Origin: Hormiphora californensis
Taxonomy: Eukaryota > Animalia > Ctenophora
DNA: 64,000 bases
Reading direction: 5' to 3'
Assembly: GCA_020137815.1 (NCBI GenBank)
Contig: CM035356.1
Location: 3,286,001-3,350,000 of the forward strand
Both the position numbers and the translations under genes were made by a program. Below are positions 26,401 through 38,911 of this stretch, piece after piece. Below the pieces are notes generated by a model that was not told the origin of the DNA, made no database searches, and saw nothing but the letters and a program-made list of their open reading frames with translations. Every line of letters begins with the position of its first letter. Position 1 is the first letter of the stretch.

Positions 26401-29400
26401 AGCACGATCAGATAACTTACAGGAGATGTTGACTGGGACTAGTAGTCGTCTGGGTGATGCTGGACTTTTCTTGTCTTGTCTTTTGATACTAGCGGGGCAG
26501 AAAGGGGATAAGCTAGGCTGATAAGGGGGGCAACAAAAGGGATAGCCGAGAGCTAGAAGAAGTAAGCACAACTCGGGAAACAGGGAAGAGTGAAAACCCC
26601 GAAGAAGTAAATGAACAGGCCAGATGGGGTGAGAATGATAGACCGGATAACACCAGGGTACTGTGAGTGATAACTGATATAACAGGTAACTGAGCAGTGA
26701 GTAGAGTGGGTGATACTAGGATAACAGGTAACTGAGTAGAGATAATGATAACTAGGATAACAGGTAACTGAGCAGTAAGCAGAGTGAGTGATAACTATGA
26801 TAACAGGTAACTGAGTAGTGAGTAGAGTGAGTGATAACTAGGATAACAGGTAACTGAACAGTGAGTAGAGTGAGTGATAACTAGGATAACAGGTAACTGA
26901 GCAGTGAGTAGAGTGAGTGATTACTAGGATAACAGGTAACTGAACAGTGAGTAGAGTGAGTGATAACTAGGATAACATGTAACTGAATAGTGAGTAGAGT
27001 GAGTGATAACTAGGATAACATGTAACTGGATAGTGAGTAGAGTGAGTGATAACTAGGATAACAGGTAACTGAGCAGTGAGTAGAGTGAGTGATAACTAGG
27101 ATAACATGTAACTGGATAGTGAGTAGAGTGAGTGATAACTAGGATAACAGGTAACTGAGCAGTGAGTAGAGTGAGTGATAACTATGATAACAAGTAACTG
27201 AACAGTGAGTAGAGTGAGTGATAACTAGGAATACAGGTAACTGAGCAGTGAGTAGAGTGAGTGATAACTAGGATAACATGTAACTGAATAGTGAGTAGAG
27301 TGAGTGATAACTAGGATAACAGGTAACTGGGCAGTGAGTAGAGTGAGTGTTAACTAGGAATACAGGTAACTGAACAGTGAGTAGAGTGAGTGATAACTAG
27401 GATAACATGTAACTGAATAGTGAGTAGAGTGAGTGATAACTAGGATAACAGGTAACTGAGTAGAGATAATGATAACTAGGATAACAGGTAACTGGGCAGT
27501 GAGTAGAGTGAGTCGATAACTAGGATAACAGGTAACTGAATAGTGAGTAGAGTGAGTGATAACTAGGATAACAGGTAACTGAGTAGTGAGTAGAGTGAGT
27601 GATAACTAGGATAACAGGTAACTGAGTAGTGAATAGAGTGAGTGATAACTAGGATAACAGGTAACTGAGTAGAGATAATGATAACTAGGATAACAGGTAA
27701 CTGAGCAGTGAGTAGAGTGAGAGATAACTAGGATAACATGTAACTGAGTATTGAGTAGAGTGAGTGATAACTAGGATAACAGGTAACTAAGCAGCGAGTA
27801 GAGTGAGTGATAACTAGGATAACAGGTAACTGAACAGTGAGTAGAGTGAGTGATAACTAGGATAACATGTAACTGAATAGTGAGTAGAGTGAGTGATAAC
27901 TAGGATAACAGGAACTGAGCAGTTTGTAGGGTGAGCGATAACTAGGATAACAGGTGACTGAGCAGTAAGTAGAGTGAGTGATAACTAGGATAACAGGTAT
28001 CTGAGTAGAGTGGGTGATAACTAGGATAACAGGAAACTGAGTAGAGATAATGATAACTAGGATAACAGGTAACTGAGCAGTGAGTAGAGTGAGTGATAAC
28101 TAGGATAACAGGTGACTGAACAGTGAGTAGGGTGAGTCGATAACTAGGATAACAGGTAACTGAGTAGAGTGGGTGATAACTAGGATAACAGGTAACTGAG
28201 CAGTAAGCAGAGTGAGTGATAACTAGGATAACAGGTAACTGAGTAGTGAGTAGTGTGAGTGATAACTAGGATAACAGGTATCTGAGTAGAGTGGGTGATA
28301 ACTAGGATAACAGGTAACTGAGTAGAGATAATGATAACTAGGATAACAGGTAACTGAGCAATGAGTATTGTGTGTGATAACTAGGATTACAGGAACTGAG
28401 CGGTGAGTAGATTGGGTGATATCTAGTATGACATGTAACTGAGCAGTGAGAAGTGTGAGTGATCGGACTATGATAGGAGAAAAATAGAAAGGAAAGATCA
28501 AAAGAGATGAGAAGTAAGAAGCACGATCAGATAACTTACAGGAGATGTTGACTGGGACTAGTAGTCGTCTGGGTGATGCTGGACTTTTCTTGTCTTGTCT
28601 TTTGATACTAGCGGGGCAGAAAGGGGATAAGCTAGGCTGATAAGGGGGGCAACAAAAGGGATAGCCGAGAGCTAGAAGAAGTAAGCACAACTCGGGAAAC
28701 AGGGAAGAGTGAAAACCCCGAAGAAGTAAATGAACAGGCCAGATGGGGTGAGAATGATAGACCGGATAACACCAGGGTACTGTGAGTGATAACTGATATA
28801 ACAGGTAACTGAGCAGTAAGTAGAGATAATGATAACTAGGATAACAGGTGACTGAGCAGTAAGCAGAGTGAGTGATTACTAGGATAACATGTAACTGAGT
28901 AGTAAGTAGAGTGAGTGATAACTAGGATAACAGGTAACTTAGCAGTGAGTAGAGTGAGTGATAACTAGGATAACATGTAACTGAGCAGTAAGTAGAGTGG
29001 GTGATAACTAGGATAACAGGTAACTGAGTAGTGAGTAGAGTGAGTGATAACTAGGATAACAGGAACTGAGCAGTAAGTAGAGTGAGTGATAATTAGGATA
29101 ACAGGTAACTGAGTAGAGATAATGATAACTAGAATAACATGTAACTGAGCAATGAGTAGAGTGAGTGTTAACTAGGAATACAGGTAACTGAGCAGTGAGT
29201 AGAGTGAGTGATAACTAGGATAACATGTAACTGAACAGTGAGTGGAGTGAGAGATAACTAGGATAACAGGTAACTGAGCAGTGAGTAGAGTGAGTCGATA
29301 ACTAGGATAACAGGTAACTGGGCAGTGAGTAGAGTGAGTCGATAACTAGGATAACAGGTAACTGAGTAGAGTGAGTGATAACTAAGATAACAGGTAACTG

Positions 29401-29960
29401 AGCAGTGAGTAGAGTGAGTGATAACTAGGATAACAGGTAACTTAGCAGCGAGTAGAGTGAGTGATAACTAGGATAACATGTAACTGAATAGTGAGTGGAG
29501 TGAGAGATAACTAGGATAACAGGAACTGAGCAGTGAGTAGAGTGAGTGTTAACTAGGAAACAGGTAACTGAGTAGTAAGTAGAGTGAGTGATAACTAGGA
29601 TAACAGGTAACTGAGCAGTGAGTAGAGTGAGTGATAACTAGGATAACAGGTAACTGAACAGTGAGTAGAGTGAGTGATAACTAGGATAACAGGTAACTGA
29701 ACAGTGAGTAGAGTGAGTGATAACTAGGATAACAGGTGACTGAGCAGTGAGTAGAGTGAGTAATAACTAGGATAACAGGTAACTGAATAGTGAGTAGAGT
29801 GAGTGATAACTAGGATAACATGTAACTGAATAGTGAGTAGAGTGAGTGATAACTAGGATAACAGGTATCTGAGTAGAGTGGGTGATAACTAGGATAATAG
29901 GGAACTGAGTAGGGGGTAGAGTGAGTGATAACTAGGATAACAGGTAACTGAGTAGTGAGC
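23470..29960. repeat. Higher-order minisatellite: ~130 units of 43 bp (gataactaggataacaggtaactgagcagtgagtagagtgagt) and 36-bp variants, interrupted by three near-identical ~330-bp blocks (~24835-25165, ~26340-26670, ~28460-28790)
   Basis: Units are directly visible. Each block starts gatcggactatgataggagaaaaatag and ends caccagggtactgtgagtgataactgatataac. The unit count is estimated from length. Confidence 0.95.
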
Positions 29961-30148
29961 AAAAGGCAAAACAGAAACTACCAAATGACAAAGACTATAA
30001 ACGACATGCAACTAACTGGAAAGACCCCAGTAGAGAATAACTAAGAAAGCTGGGGAACTAGAACACGCGGACTACTAGGAGAGTGAGGGAGAAGGGAGAA
30101 GAAGAGAGAAGAGGGAGAGAGAGAGAGAGGGAGAGAGAAGAGAGAGAA

Positions 30149-30232
<84 letters not shown>

Positions 30233-30413
30233 GAGAGATAGAGAGTGAGAGAGGGGAAAAGAGAGGAGAAAGAAGACAAACGGAGCCAAATAGCACTGCA
30301 ACAGAGTAGACAAAACAAAACTAGCGAACACTGCCAGAATGGATGAGGCTATAGGGACTGGGAAATCCCCGAGCTATGAGAGAAGAAATAGGGTGATGGT
30401 TCACCGGGAAGAA

Positions 30414-30954
30414 CCCCCATAGAAATTTCGCGCGGAGGAACCTGCATCCTCCAGCCTTTTCGTCACCCGAATGAAGGTGATTATCCAAGAAAAAACTAGC
30501 GAAAGTCCTGGAGAAAACAGGCATTAGTGCAGTCATTGTCAACTGCCGCGTTCCCCCTTTCAACTTTGTCTGGTGTATCTCAGAAAATATTTAACTTACA
30601 GACTCCCAAAAAACGGGAGGTAACATAATATTGTAGAAAATATAATACTATCTGGGTTTTATTTAGATTAATGCACAGATACATAGCTATAGTTAGTGAC
30701 GCTTGGTGTCATAATTTTCTCCCATTGTTGTAGGTATTCACTTGACAGCTACCCCCTCTTTCTCTCCCATTCTCGCCCCTCTCCAGCCAAACGCCCAAAC
30801 AGTGTTGACAGGGGGAACGCGGCAGTAGACAATGACTGCACGAATGCCTGTTTTCTCCAGGACTTTAGCTAGTTTTTTCTTGGATAATCACCTTCATTCG
30901 CGTGACGAAAAGGCTGGAGAATGCAGGTTCCTCCGCGCGAAATTCCTATGGGGG
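30414..30954. mobile_element. MITE with ~145-bp terminal inverted repeats (ccccc...ggggg) and a possible 2-bp TSD (aa); EnSpm/CMC-like
   Basis: 30414-30558 is the near-exact reverse complement of 30810-30954; the mirror ORFs 30321-30563(-) and 30832-31056(+) reflect this. Confidence 0.8.
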
Positions 30955-32021
30955 AATAGATCACGTCTCTGGATTCATCTGGTCTGGAGGACGAAGAAGC
31001 TGGAGGTCCCAATCAGCATGGGAGAGTCGAGTATTGCCCTGGAAAATGAGTTATGATATGTGCAGTTTTATTAGCCACTATTTCCTCTGAAAAATGGAGG
31101 AGGGGTGATGTATGAGCGAGTGAACTTACCGCTCCTTATCGGGAGCATGCCCTGCAAATGAACTCCCCTTGCAATAAGAGGGTGTTAAGATTTGTGATTG
31201 GTATCGGTTTTCTATTTCTTACCGTTAGTAGACCTGATTGGAATGGTATGGCTGGATTGTGTACCGTAACAGGACCTGGGCGAGAGAGAGGTGACAAAGA
31301 GTCAACCCCAGGCCTGCTCCAAAAATAAAGAAAATAAAGAAAAGGGAAAAAAAACCCCAATCCCCCTTCCCCCTAATTTGGGAGAAAGAAACCCCTGGCA
31401 GAGGGAAGCACAGAAAACCAAGAAAAAAGAGCGCCCTGAACACCCCCACCCTCCCCCCAAAGAGTCTCGCCAGGTCCTGAGATGAGTGCATGGACTTACC
31501 CCTCTTAGTTCTTTAAACTACAAAATGCCCTGAAACATGAAACCTATTGACTAAGGTTAGGAAACACACGACCAGGAGGCTAATAAAGCCGACACGGTCA
31601 TCCTCCAAACACTGACCCCGCTCAGTGCTCTACTTATAATAGTAAAAGAGTGTGCGAGCCGAGAGAAGGTAGACGGAATAATACGAGAAAAACTACCTAT
31701 AAAGAGAACTAAAATACTTGCTAAAATAAAATAGTTGGACAGAAAACAGGACGAAGCCTAGAGAGACACACAACACAATAATCAGACTGACAACAACGTG
31801 ACAAGTTTATCTGAATTGATGCGAGGTTGCTTGTTGCGAGGTTGCTTGTAGAACGATGTTGGATCCTGGCAGCACAGTTCCATTCCATAAGGTTGGATAC
31901 ACACACACACTATTCTCTCACACTATGTAATGTGTGATACTCTCTCAATGTAAACAAATTTCAATAAGGGAAGGGCAGAGGCCCTCCTCCCGAGCAACGT
32001 AACAATGAGTGGCAGTGAACA

Positions 32022-33460
32022 TGAAATTACCCTTTTTCTTGTGGATTTACCTTATTCGGGACAGGCTGAGATATTAAATTCCAGGAACCGACCGAATCAG
32101 GAAATACTGGTCCCTGATTGGCTGATAACCAGTCACGTGACCTAAATAACGAGTTCTGATTGATTGTTTACTTGTGTCGGTCGGTTCCTGTTAAATTCGT
32201 TATGTTACTAAATTTTTAACAATCCTCTTAATTTGAGGCTCCTAGTTATTGTAAGGTTTTAACACTAGAACAATGCCAATATATAACGTCCAGTATTATT
32301 AACACTCTTGTACGGGGTTTTATTTACCTGAATATATCGGGGATATCAATATTTCCTCTCACCCCTTCATGGTGCGAGCTGTCCCCCTTTCAAGGTCCTC
32401 CCTCGCTCTCCCCTCTCTGTCCCCCAGGTTCTCACCTCCTCCTTCTCCTGCAGGTGTTTACCCCAGTTCTAGAGCGAGCAAGACGGGCCTCCAAATCCTT
32501 CAGCGGGAAGCACGACTGGAGTAGTGATGATGATAGTGATGACGATGAAGATGATGATGACCCTCTAGCTCCGAGATCCCGGCCCAAACTGAAGGCATCC
32601 CATGATGATCTTGATGATATCTTTAGAAGGTTCATTATTACAGTACCTTGCACACAGCTTTATAGATTGTTGTGGAGAGACATCATACGTAATAATGCTA
32701 ATAAATAGACCCCTCTCTTACTAAGGAACTATGTTTAAAATTTACCAATTCCTAATTTACTACAGGGAGACGAGTCAAGATGATAGACTGAGAGCTCGGA
32801 GGAAGAGTGCCGCGGGGTTCCTGGTCAGCTATGCCAGTAATAAGATCCGAATGGCAACACACAGCTCTGAGACATATCAATCTAGCTGGAATCTCTTACA
32901 GGTACTTAGGTGCAGTCAACTGGGGCGGTGGACCAGAGTCTATTATAGTCACTATGGGGACGGGGGGCTATTATGGGAACTGGGCTTCAACCATTTATAG
33001 GTACCATTCGTCTAGCCTGGTGAGGGGTAAGGGGTTCTGGCTTCTATAGGCTGATTTGATCAGTACCATGATACTACCACTGTCACATCAAATTATGTAC
33101 TTCCTCTCTTCACTCTCTATCTCTTGCCCCACCGACTGATAAATAACTTACGCCATACTCGTGGAGGAAAATTTATGATAAATTTCCCTCCATGAGCATG
33201 GCACTGATAACCAGATGCGTCAGATAGCCCTTCACGCCTTTTCCCCCGCAGTATTGCACTTTTGATTTCCAGCTAAAATGAAAATACCCTTCGAAGGCCT
33301 TCTCGCGAGAGCTGCAGCAGTCACTATTATAGACATCACTATTATGATAGATCGAGTCAGAGCTCTGATCACCTCTTCCAATTCTAAAAATGACGCAAGT
33401 GATCTCTGTAGTGACTGCACACCTTCTAATTTGCCCTTTTCTGTATGTTGGTGGTTTTTA
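32022..33460 (+). repeat. Segmental duplication, copy 2, carrying intact duplicates of two exons (32454-~32629 and ~32766-32823)
   Basis: Same VFTPVLERARR...DIFRR and RETSQDD...AAGFL translations with intact splice sites. The acceptor of the tentative terminal exon is mutated (gccccag to gccccac). Confidence 0.9.
32082..32190. mobile_element. 109-bp hAT-like MITE with 14-bp TIR (caggaaccgaccga) and 8-bp TSD (ttaaattc)
   Basis: TSD at 32074-32081 and 32191-32198. The empty site gatattaaattcgttatg is present in duplication copy 1 (~17160). Confidence 0.93.
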
Positions 33461-34830
33461 TTTTCGGGCTTATGTATGTTCTTGGTATACTAACAGGGTG
33501 TCCTCCACGAAACTAAATTCAGTTTAGTGTTGAAATTTAGAAGTCAAGTTAGTGAGCGACTTTTATTTCGCTAAACTTTAGATACCCGTCCACGAACAAC
33601 ATGTTTTCGGTGCTTGGTCCGACCCACGTGATTATACTGAGGTCTTTGTTAAGAGCAGATGATGCACGCATCAATCGGTCTCTTTTTTACATCGTCACGT
33701 TCGTGACCACGCACCTCTGTATATGTACCTATATATGGTAAATAGTGCACTTTTTTGTACTTGCCTGGCGCTGCGAACCCATCTGAGAGCACTGTCGCCA
33801 GACAGTCTCTTGCTAGGAACATAGGAACTCCCCAGGTACTCCTGGAATGAGATTGCCCTGAGAATATAAGACACAGGACTTAAGAAATGTACCTAATGTG
33901 TTTTGGATATAATGTGGTTCTAATCTAAAGGCCCTATCCCCCTTTCTCTTTCTCTATCTCTCTTTCTCTCCACACTCTGCTGCTCCTACATCTACCGACC
34001 CTTATAGAACACCTGCCCATAAAAGACTCCATATTCTCTCTCTCTCTGTAGGTACAGTCTCCTTATTTCCTCACTCGACCTCCTTTCTCAGTAGTCAGTA
34101 CTCTACATACTACATAGTTCTGTCTCCCTAGTCTCTTCATTTCTAGATCTTTCCCGGAATTAAATTCTCAACTCTCTGTTGTTACTTCTGTTGTTACTCA
34201 ATAACTCTTCTGAGGCTGCTGTTGATTACTACCATTTTATAACTACTCTTGACCGCTTTTCTACTTTCTCGTCTCGCAATTTGTTTTGCTACCAGTTAAA
34301 TTATTTGAGCTCCTTCATCATTCTACCATTTGCAGCTTTGATTGTCCCCATGCAGTTCTAACAGTCTAGTGGATACAATGTAGACAGTCATTGTATAGAA
34401 CGAACTTGTTTGACATGCATTGCAAGTTGTTTGAAAATAACCGCCCTATACAGAGACCTAGTAGCAATTAGCGACTTGATTCACTTGGTAAGATAAAGAG
34501 GGGGCGGCACCTTAGCTATATCATAGCAGCTGTATCATGAGTGATGAAGTTTTTAAAACGAGCCGAGAGAGCTATGATGAAGAGGTAGTTTTCTCTTTTG
34601 AGAGCTGCTGCTGCCGTGATTATTATAATCTACTACGGCTCAGACTAGACTACTCAGACTACTAAAACATCTTAGTGAGGGATTTAAACGCTGTTTAGTA
34701 CGTTTAGTCTAACTTTAGGTTCAAGCTTCTAAAGACAAAATAAGCATACAGCTACCTACAGCTGCAGTATTTGTCTCATGTACGTCATATCGGAGCTCCC
34801 AAAATTTTGATACCTACTGTTACTGCAGTA

Positions 34831-34906
34831 GGAAGGCTGCAAACCTATACGCCTCTACACTCTATACTACTGTAGAGTGTAGAGGCATATAGGTTTGCAG
34901 CCTTCC
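34831..34906. repeat. Near-perfect hairpin (34-bp arms)
   Basis: ggaaggctgcaaacctatacgcctctacactcta ... tagagtgtagaggcatataggtttgcagccttcc. Confidence 0.9.
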
Positions 34907-35542
34907 CGCACCGGCAAGGTATAACCCCTTTTCTTTGATTCTGTCTCACTCCCAAATATCCGACATACACAAGTGTGACATTGAGAGTGTACTGTTGTAC
35001 TACTTCAATAAGGTGGTTACACATTCTAAAGTGTGTTACCATATTGTTACTTGTTCTATGGGTTCTTGCACCCCCTCCTCCCCTGCCCCACCTTGTGGCT
35101 TCTCTCACTCCCCCCTCATTATCTCTCTATCTCCCAGCTCCCTCACTATATATCTCTCATTATACCTTTCTATCTCTCTCCGCCACTCTCTCTCTCACTA
35201 TCATTTTGAAATTGGCTCGTTTCGTCGTCGGCACTTTGTCGGCGAGGTCGCTTGCAAAATTGCGTTGTAAGTTAGTCAGTGGCATTACCTTTTGCTACTA
35301 ACTATCTTCTCGAGTATACTCTTTTCGAGCAATTCAGTCAGAAAGAGATATATAGAGAGTGAGAGATATTTAGAGAGTGAGAGAAAGAGAAAAGGAGAGA
35401 GATATTTAGAGAGAAAGAGAGAGAGAGAGAAACACTGTAAGAACTGAGTACGTAGCTTGAATGGTAGATGGTCTGGCTTTCTCAATTTTGCCACATTTGA
35501 GATAAGGTTGCTGCCTGCAAATCATTAGCACACTTGCCACAC

Positions 35543-35601
<59 letters not shown>

Positions 35602-36015
35602 TCATCTCCCATCTACTAGATATTCGTGGCCACTGGTGAAATTGAATTTATGGAAAGTAGAGCACCAATTTGCATTTTACAGTGTGCTCTGTGTAACGTC
35701 ACAGTCCCTCTGTCAAAAAGGGGAACCTTATTATACCGAGATCGCATCACGCGTGTTTTTAATTGCATGAGCTTTAGAAATGTTGCCGTCAAATTGATCG
35801 GTATTCAATCTCTCCGTATGCATAATTTAATGTTGTACGAGATGCAAGATGGAGTAGAGGAGGTGCATGGAGAGGTATGTCGTACGATTAGTTAGAAGGT
35901 GGAGACTGGAGAGGGAGGTTGTACGATTAGATCTATCTGCAGCTTTAGTCCAGTCATTATCTTCCAACGCTCTATATAATTGCTGTGTTATGTTCTTCTT
36001 GCATGACCTTTTTTC

Positions 36016-36110
<95 letters not shown>

Positions 36111-36336
36111 TCTCTCGACGGGACTCCATTGGTTAGTCCACTGCTGCAACAGCTGTCTTCAAATAAGTCTTTAGCTGAAACAGTAGCTCTATATTTCGAA
36201 ATTAGAAGTAAACCACTACCCCCAGGGCCGGTCTCGTGTAGGGATAGAAATAGAGAACCTTATACTAACTAGAGGAAGAGAGAGAACCTTATACTAGATG
36301 AAGAGAGAGAAAGAGAGAACCTGGTACTAACTACTA

Positions 36337-36416
<80 letters not shown>

Positions 36417-36755
36417 TTCGATAGAAACTGGTACCCCAATCATAATGTACACCGACACGTGAGAAGAGATGTGCTCCCGCCCTTCTAGTCTTGAGCTCGT
36501 CTCGTGTTTTCACACATCACCTCCAACTGTCTGTGTATCTATCAGATGTTCTTTTGTTATGTCTCTATAAACTGTTCTTCTCTCTGTCTATCTCTGTTTT
36601 TCTTCTCTGTTATTCTGTTAAGTTACCTATAATGTCTCTGTTCTTCTATATCATTTCAGTTCAGTGTTCCCTCGCAGTGGTAATACGATCAAGGGATATT
36701 GTGACCCTCCTGAACCAGATGTGTATCACAGAGCCTATTGTCCTCACCATAGAAT

Positions 36756-36828
<73 letters not shown>

Positions 36829-37504
36829 GAGACTAGAGTCTAGAGAGGAGAGGGAGAGGAGGGAGAGAGGGAGGGTAGAAATAACAGGATAGGAATGCGA
36901 GCTATTCAACATCTTCTTCTGCTGCCGTTCGTTTTGTTCCCTGATCTCTGTTCTTTCTCTGTTCCCCTCTCTCTATCACTCTATCTCTCTCTATCTCTCT
37001 CTGCTCTGCTCTTTCTCTGGCTTTTGCTTTTTTACTCCCCCTCTCTCTCGTATCGATGGAGCCTATTGTTGTTGCGATTAGAGACCCATTCAGATACCTT
37101 TAGGCATCTCACACTTGTGAGGGGGGGGGGGGGGGCGGGGGGTAGGTGGGTACTACCCACTGGGTAGTGCTTTATCCTTGAGTTGTTCGGTAACTTAGGA
37201 ACGGAAGAGATTCATTCATTTCATTTGAAATAGAAAAAGTCAAGACTTGGGTAACAAAAGGAGTGCTTGATACGAACTGTAATTTGAGAGAGTTCTGGGA
37301 GGGGTTCTGGGTGGTGTAGACACCATAATAAGAAGGCTCTGTCTGGTAATTAGATAGGGTTCTAGTGAGAGTGTGTGCATTGTGAAATCGAACTCCTCTC
37401 TCTTCTCAGTAGCACACAGTTCACAGAGTCCAGCCACTCGAGATGGTCTGAACGCACGTGAGCTGCCAGCTGGGTAGTTGGGTGTATACCTATCTTTTCA
37501 TTAA

Positions 37505-37551
<47 letters not shown>

Positions 37552-37715
37552 TTTTTCACATTTATACCCTCTTTTTCTCCACATGCAGCTATGAAGACAC
37601 GCTAATTGTAGTCCAATCAGTTCGCCTTCTCCCGCGCTTTCTTCATACTGAGCTTATGTTGAATATGATATTCTCTTTTTCTCCATTCTCTCTTCCTGTT
37701 CCTCTCTCTATCTTC

Positions 37716-37786
<71 letters not shown>

Positions 37787-38911
37787 TCTCTCTCTCTCTC
37801 TTTCTCTCTCTCCCCTCCAAGCTGGAACATTCTACTACTCATTCAGTTTATTGCTTCTGAGTACATGTGCACCTTGTCGACTTCTAGAACCCTCTCACTG
37901 CTAGCTAGTTTATATGTAGTATACCACTCAATCAAATGATATACAGATTCTCTAATACTTCTAATAACCTCGACTACCCTGCTCCTCTATTGCTGTTCCA
38001 GTAGTGGTCTGTGTTATTGCAGATGGCAGAAAGACGTGTGTGTTATTGCAGTAACGTTATGTGTTCGTGACTTGAGCTGTGGAGAAAGGAAAGCGAGATT
38101 TGCTCTGTAGTTTGATAGGGAAGATCACACCTGTGCGCTCCATTTCTCCCTTTAGCTCTCTCTATAATACATCTCTCTTCCTCTCACTTTCTTTTTTTTA
38201 AGTTAATCTTTCTCTCTCTTTCTCTCTGCCTCGTATTCCTCCTGCAAATTTAATGACTGTGAACCTTATTAAATCTCTAATCGAGGTGCAATGGTAGCAG
38301 CTTTCACCAGATCTACAGCCTTCAATTTGTTTGTTATTTACAGCCAATATTAACAATGAACACCCCATTTTCAAGTTTTATACCATGTTGTGCCTCAAAT
38401 TGTTCAATTTCAGCCCCCAATTTCAAAGTCTGCTCAACCCCCCATTTTAAGGTGTGTGTGTGTGTGTGTGTGTGTATGAACTGAGACCCCGCCGGAAATC
38501 AAGTTAATTTGTTTATTACCACCTAACGTCCCAAACATCGCGCCGCCCTCTCTCTGCAGTAGCTGCAGTGGGCCGACTTTGCTCTGTTCAGATTTAGTGG
38601 CCTGTGCGCTGTGGTTAAACCTTTTGTTTACGTCTTATTACCCTCATCACGTACCTAGGCCATCTCTCTCTCTCTCTCTCTCTCTCTGTCTGTAGTAGCT
38701 ATGATGGGGTCGGCTTTGGCCTTTGCTCTGTTCTGTGGTTTGTGGTTAAGCTTTTTGTTCATGTCCAGTACGCTGATCACGTACACCACCTATGACCTAG
38801 GCCCGACATTATGCCGCCATCTTAACTAGATATAAAGTTAAAAAATTATGTCATTATTCATTTCATATTACCTCTTCCACTATGCAAGGACTTTGTAGCC
38901 GGGTATTTGAC

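Larger units (their letters stand above)
19410..30040 (-). mobile_element. Probable extent of the non-LTR element including the 3' UTR and upstream tandem array; the 5' boundary is uncertain and may reach ~32000
   Basis: The array starts ~40 bp from the ORF start and the purine-rich + strand bias is continuous. No TSD or poly(A) tail was identified. Confidence 0.45.

Noticed and set aside
24598-28690. Three similar ~155-aa minus-strand ORFs (MCLLLLALGYPF...) as a possible ORF1
   Set aside because: They start at TTG, half of each is array translation, and they have no gag/CCHC or RRM features; they are by-products of the 330-bp block.
23470-29960. CRISPR-like appearance (repeats with inserted blocks)
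   Set aside because: Units are contiguous with no unique spacers, the three inserted blocks are near-identical, there are no cas genes, and the context is eukaryotic.
17111-33460. The 1.4-kb direct repeats as LTRs of the enclosed retroelement
   Set aside because: They contain host-type spliced exons, lack TG...CA ends and a PBS/PPT, and the enclosed RT is non-LTR type.
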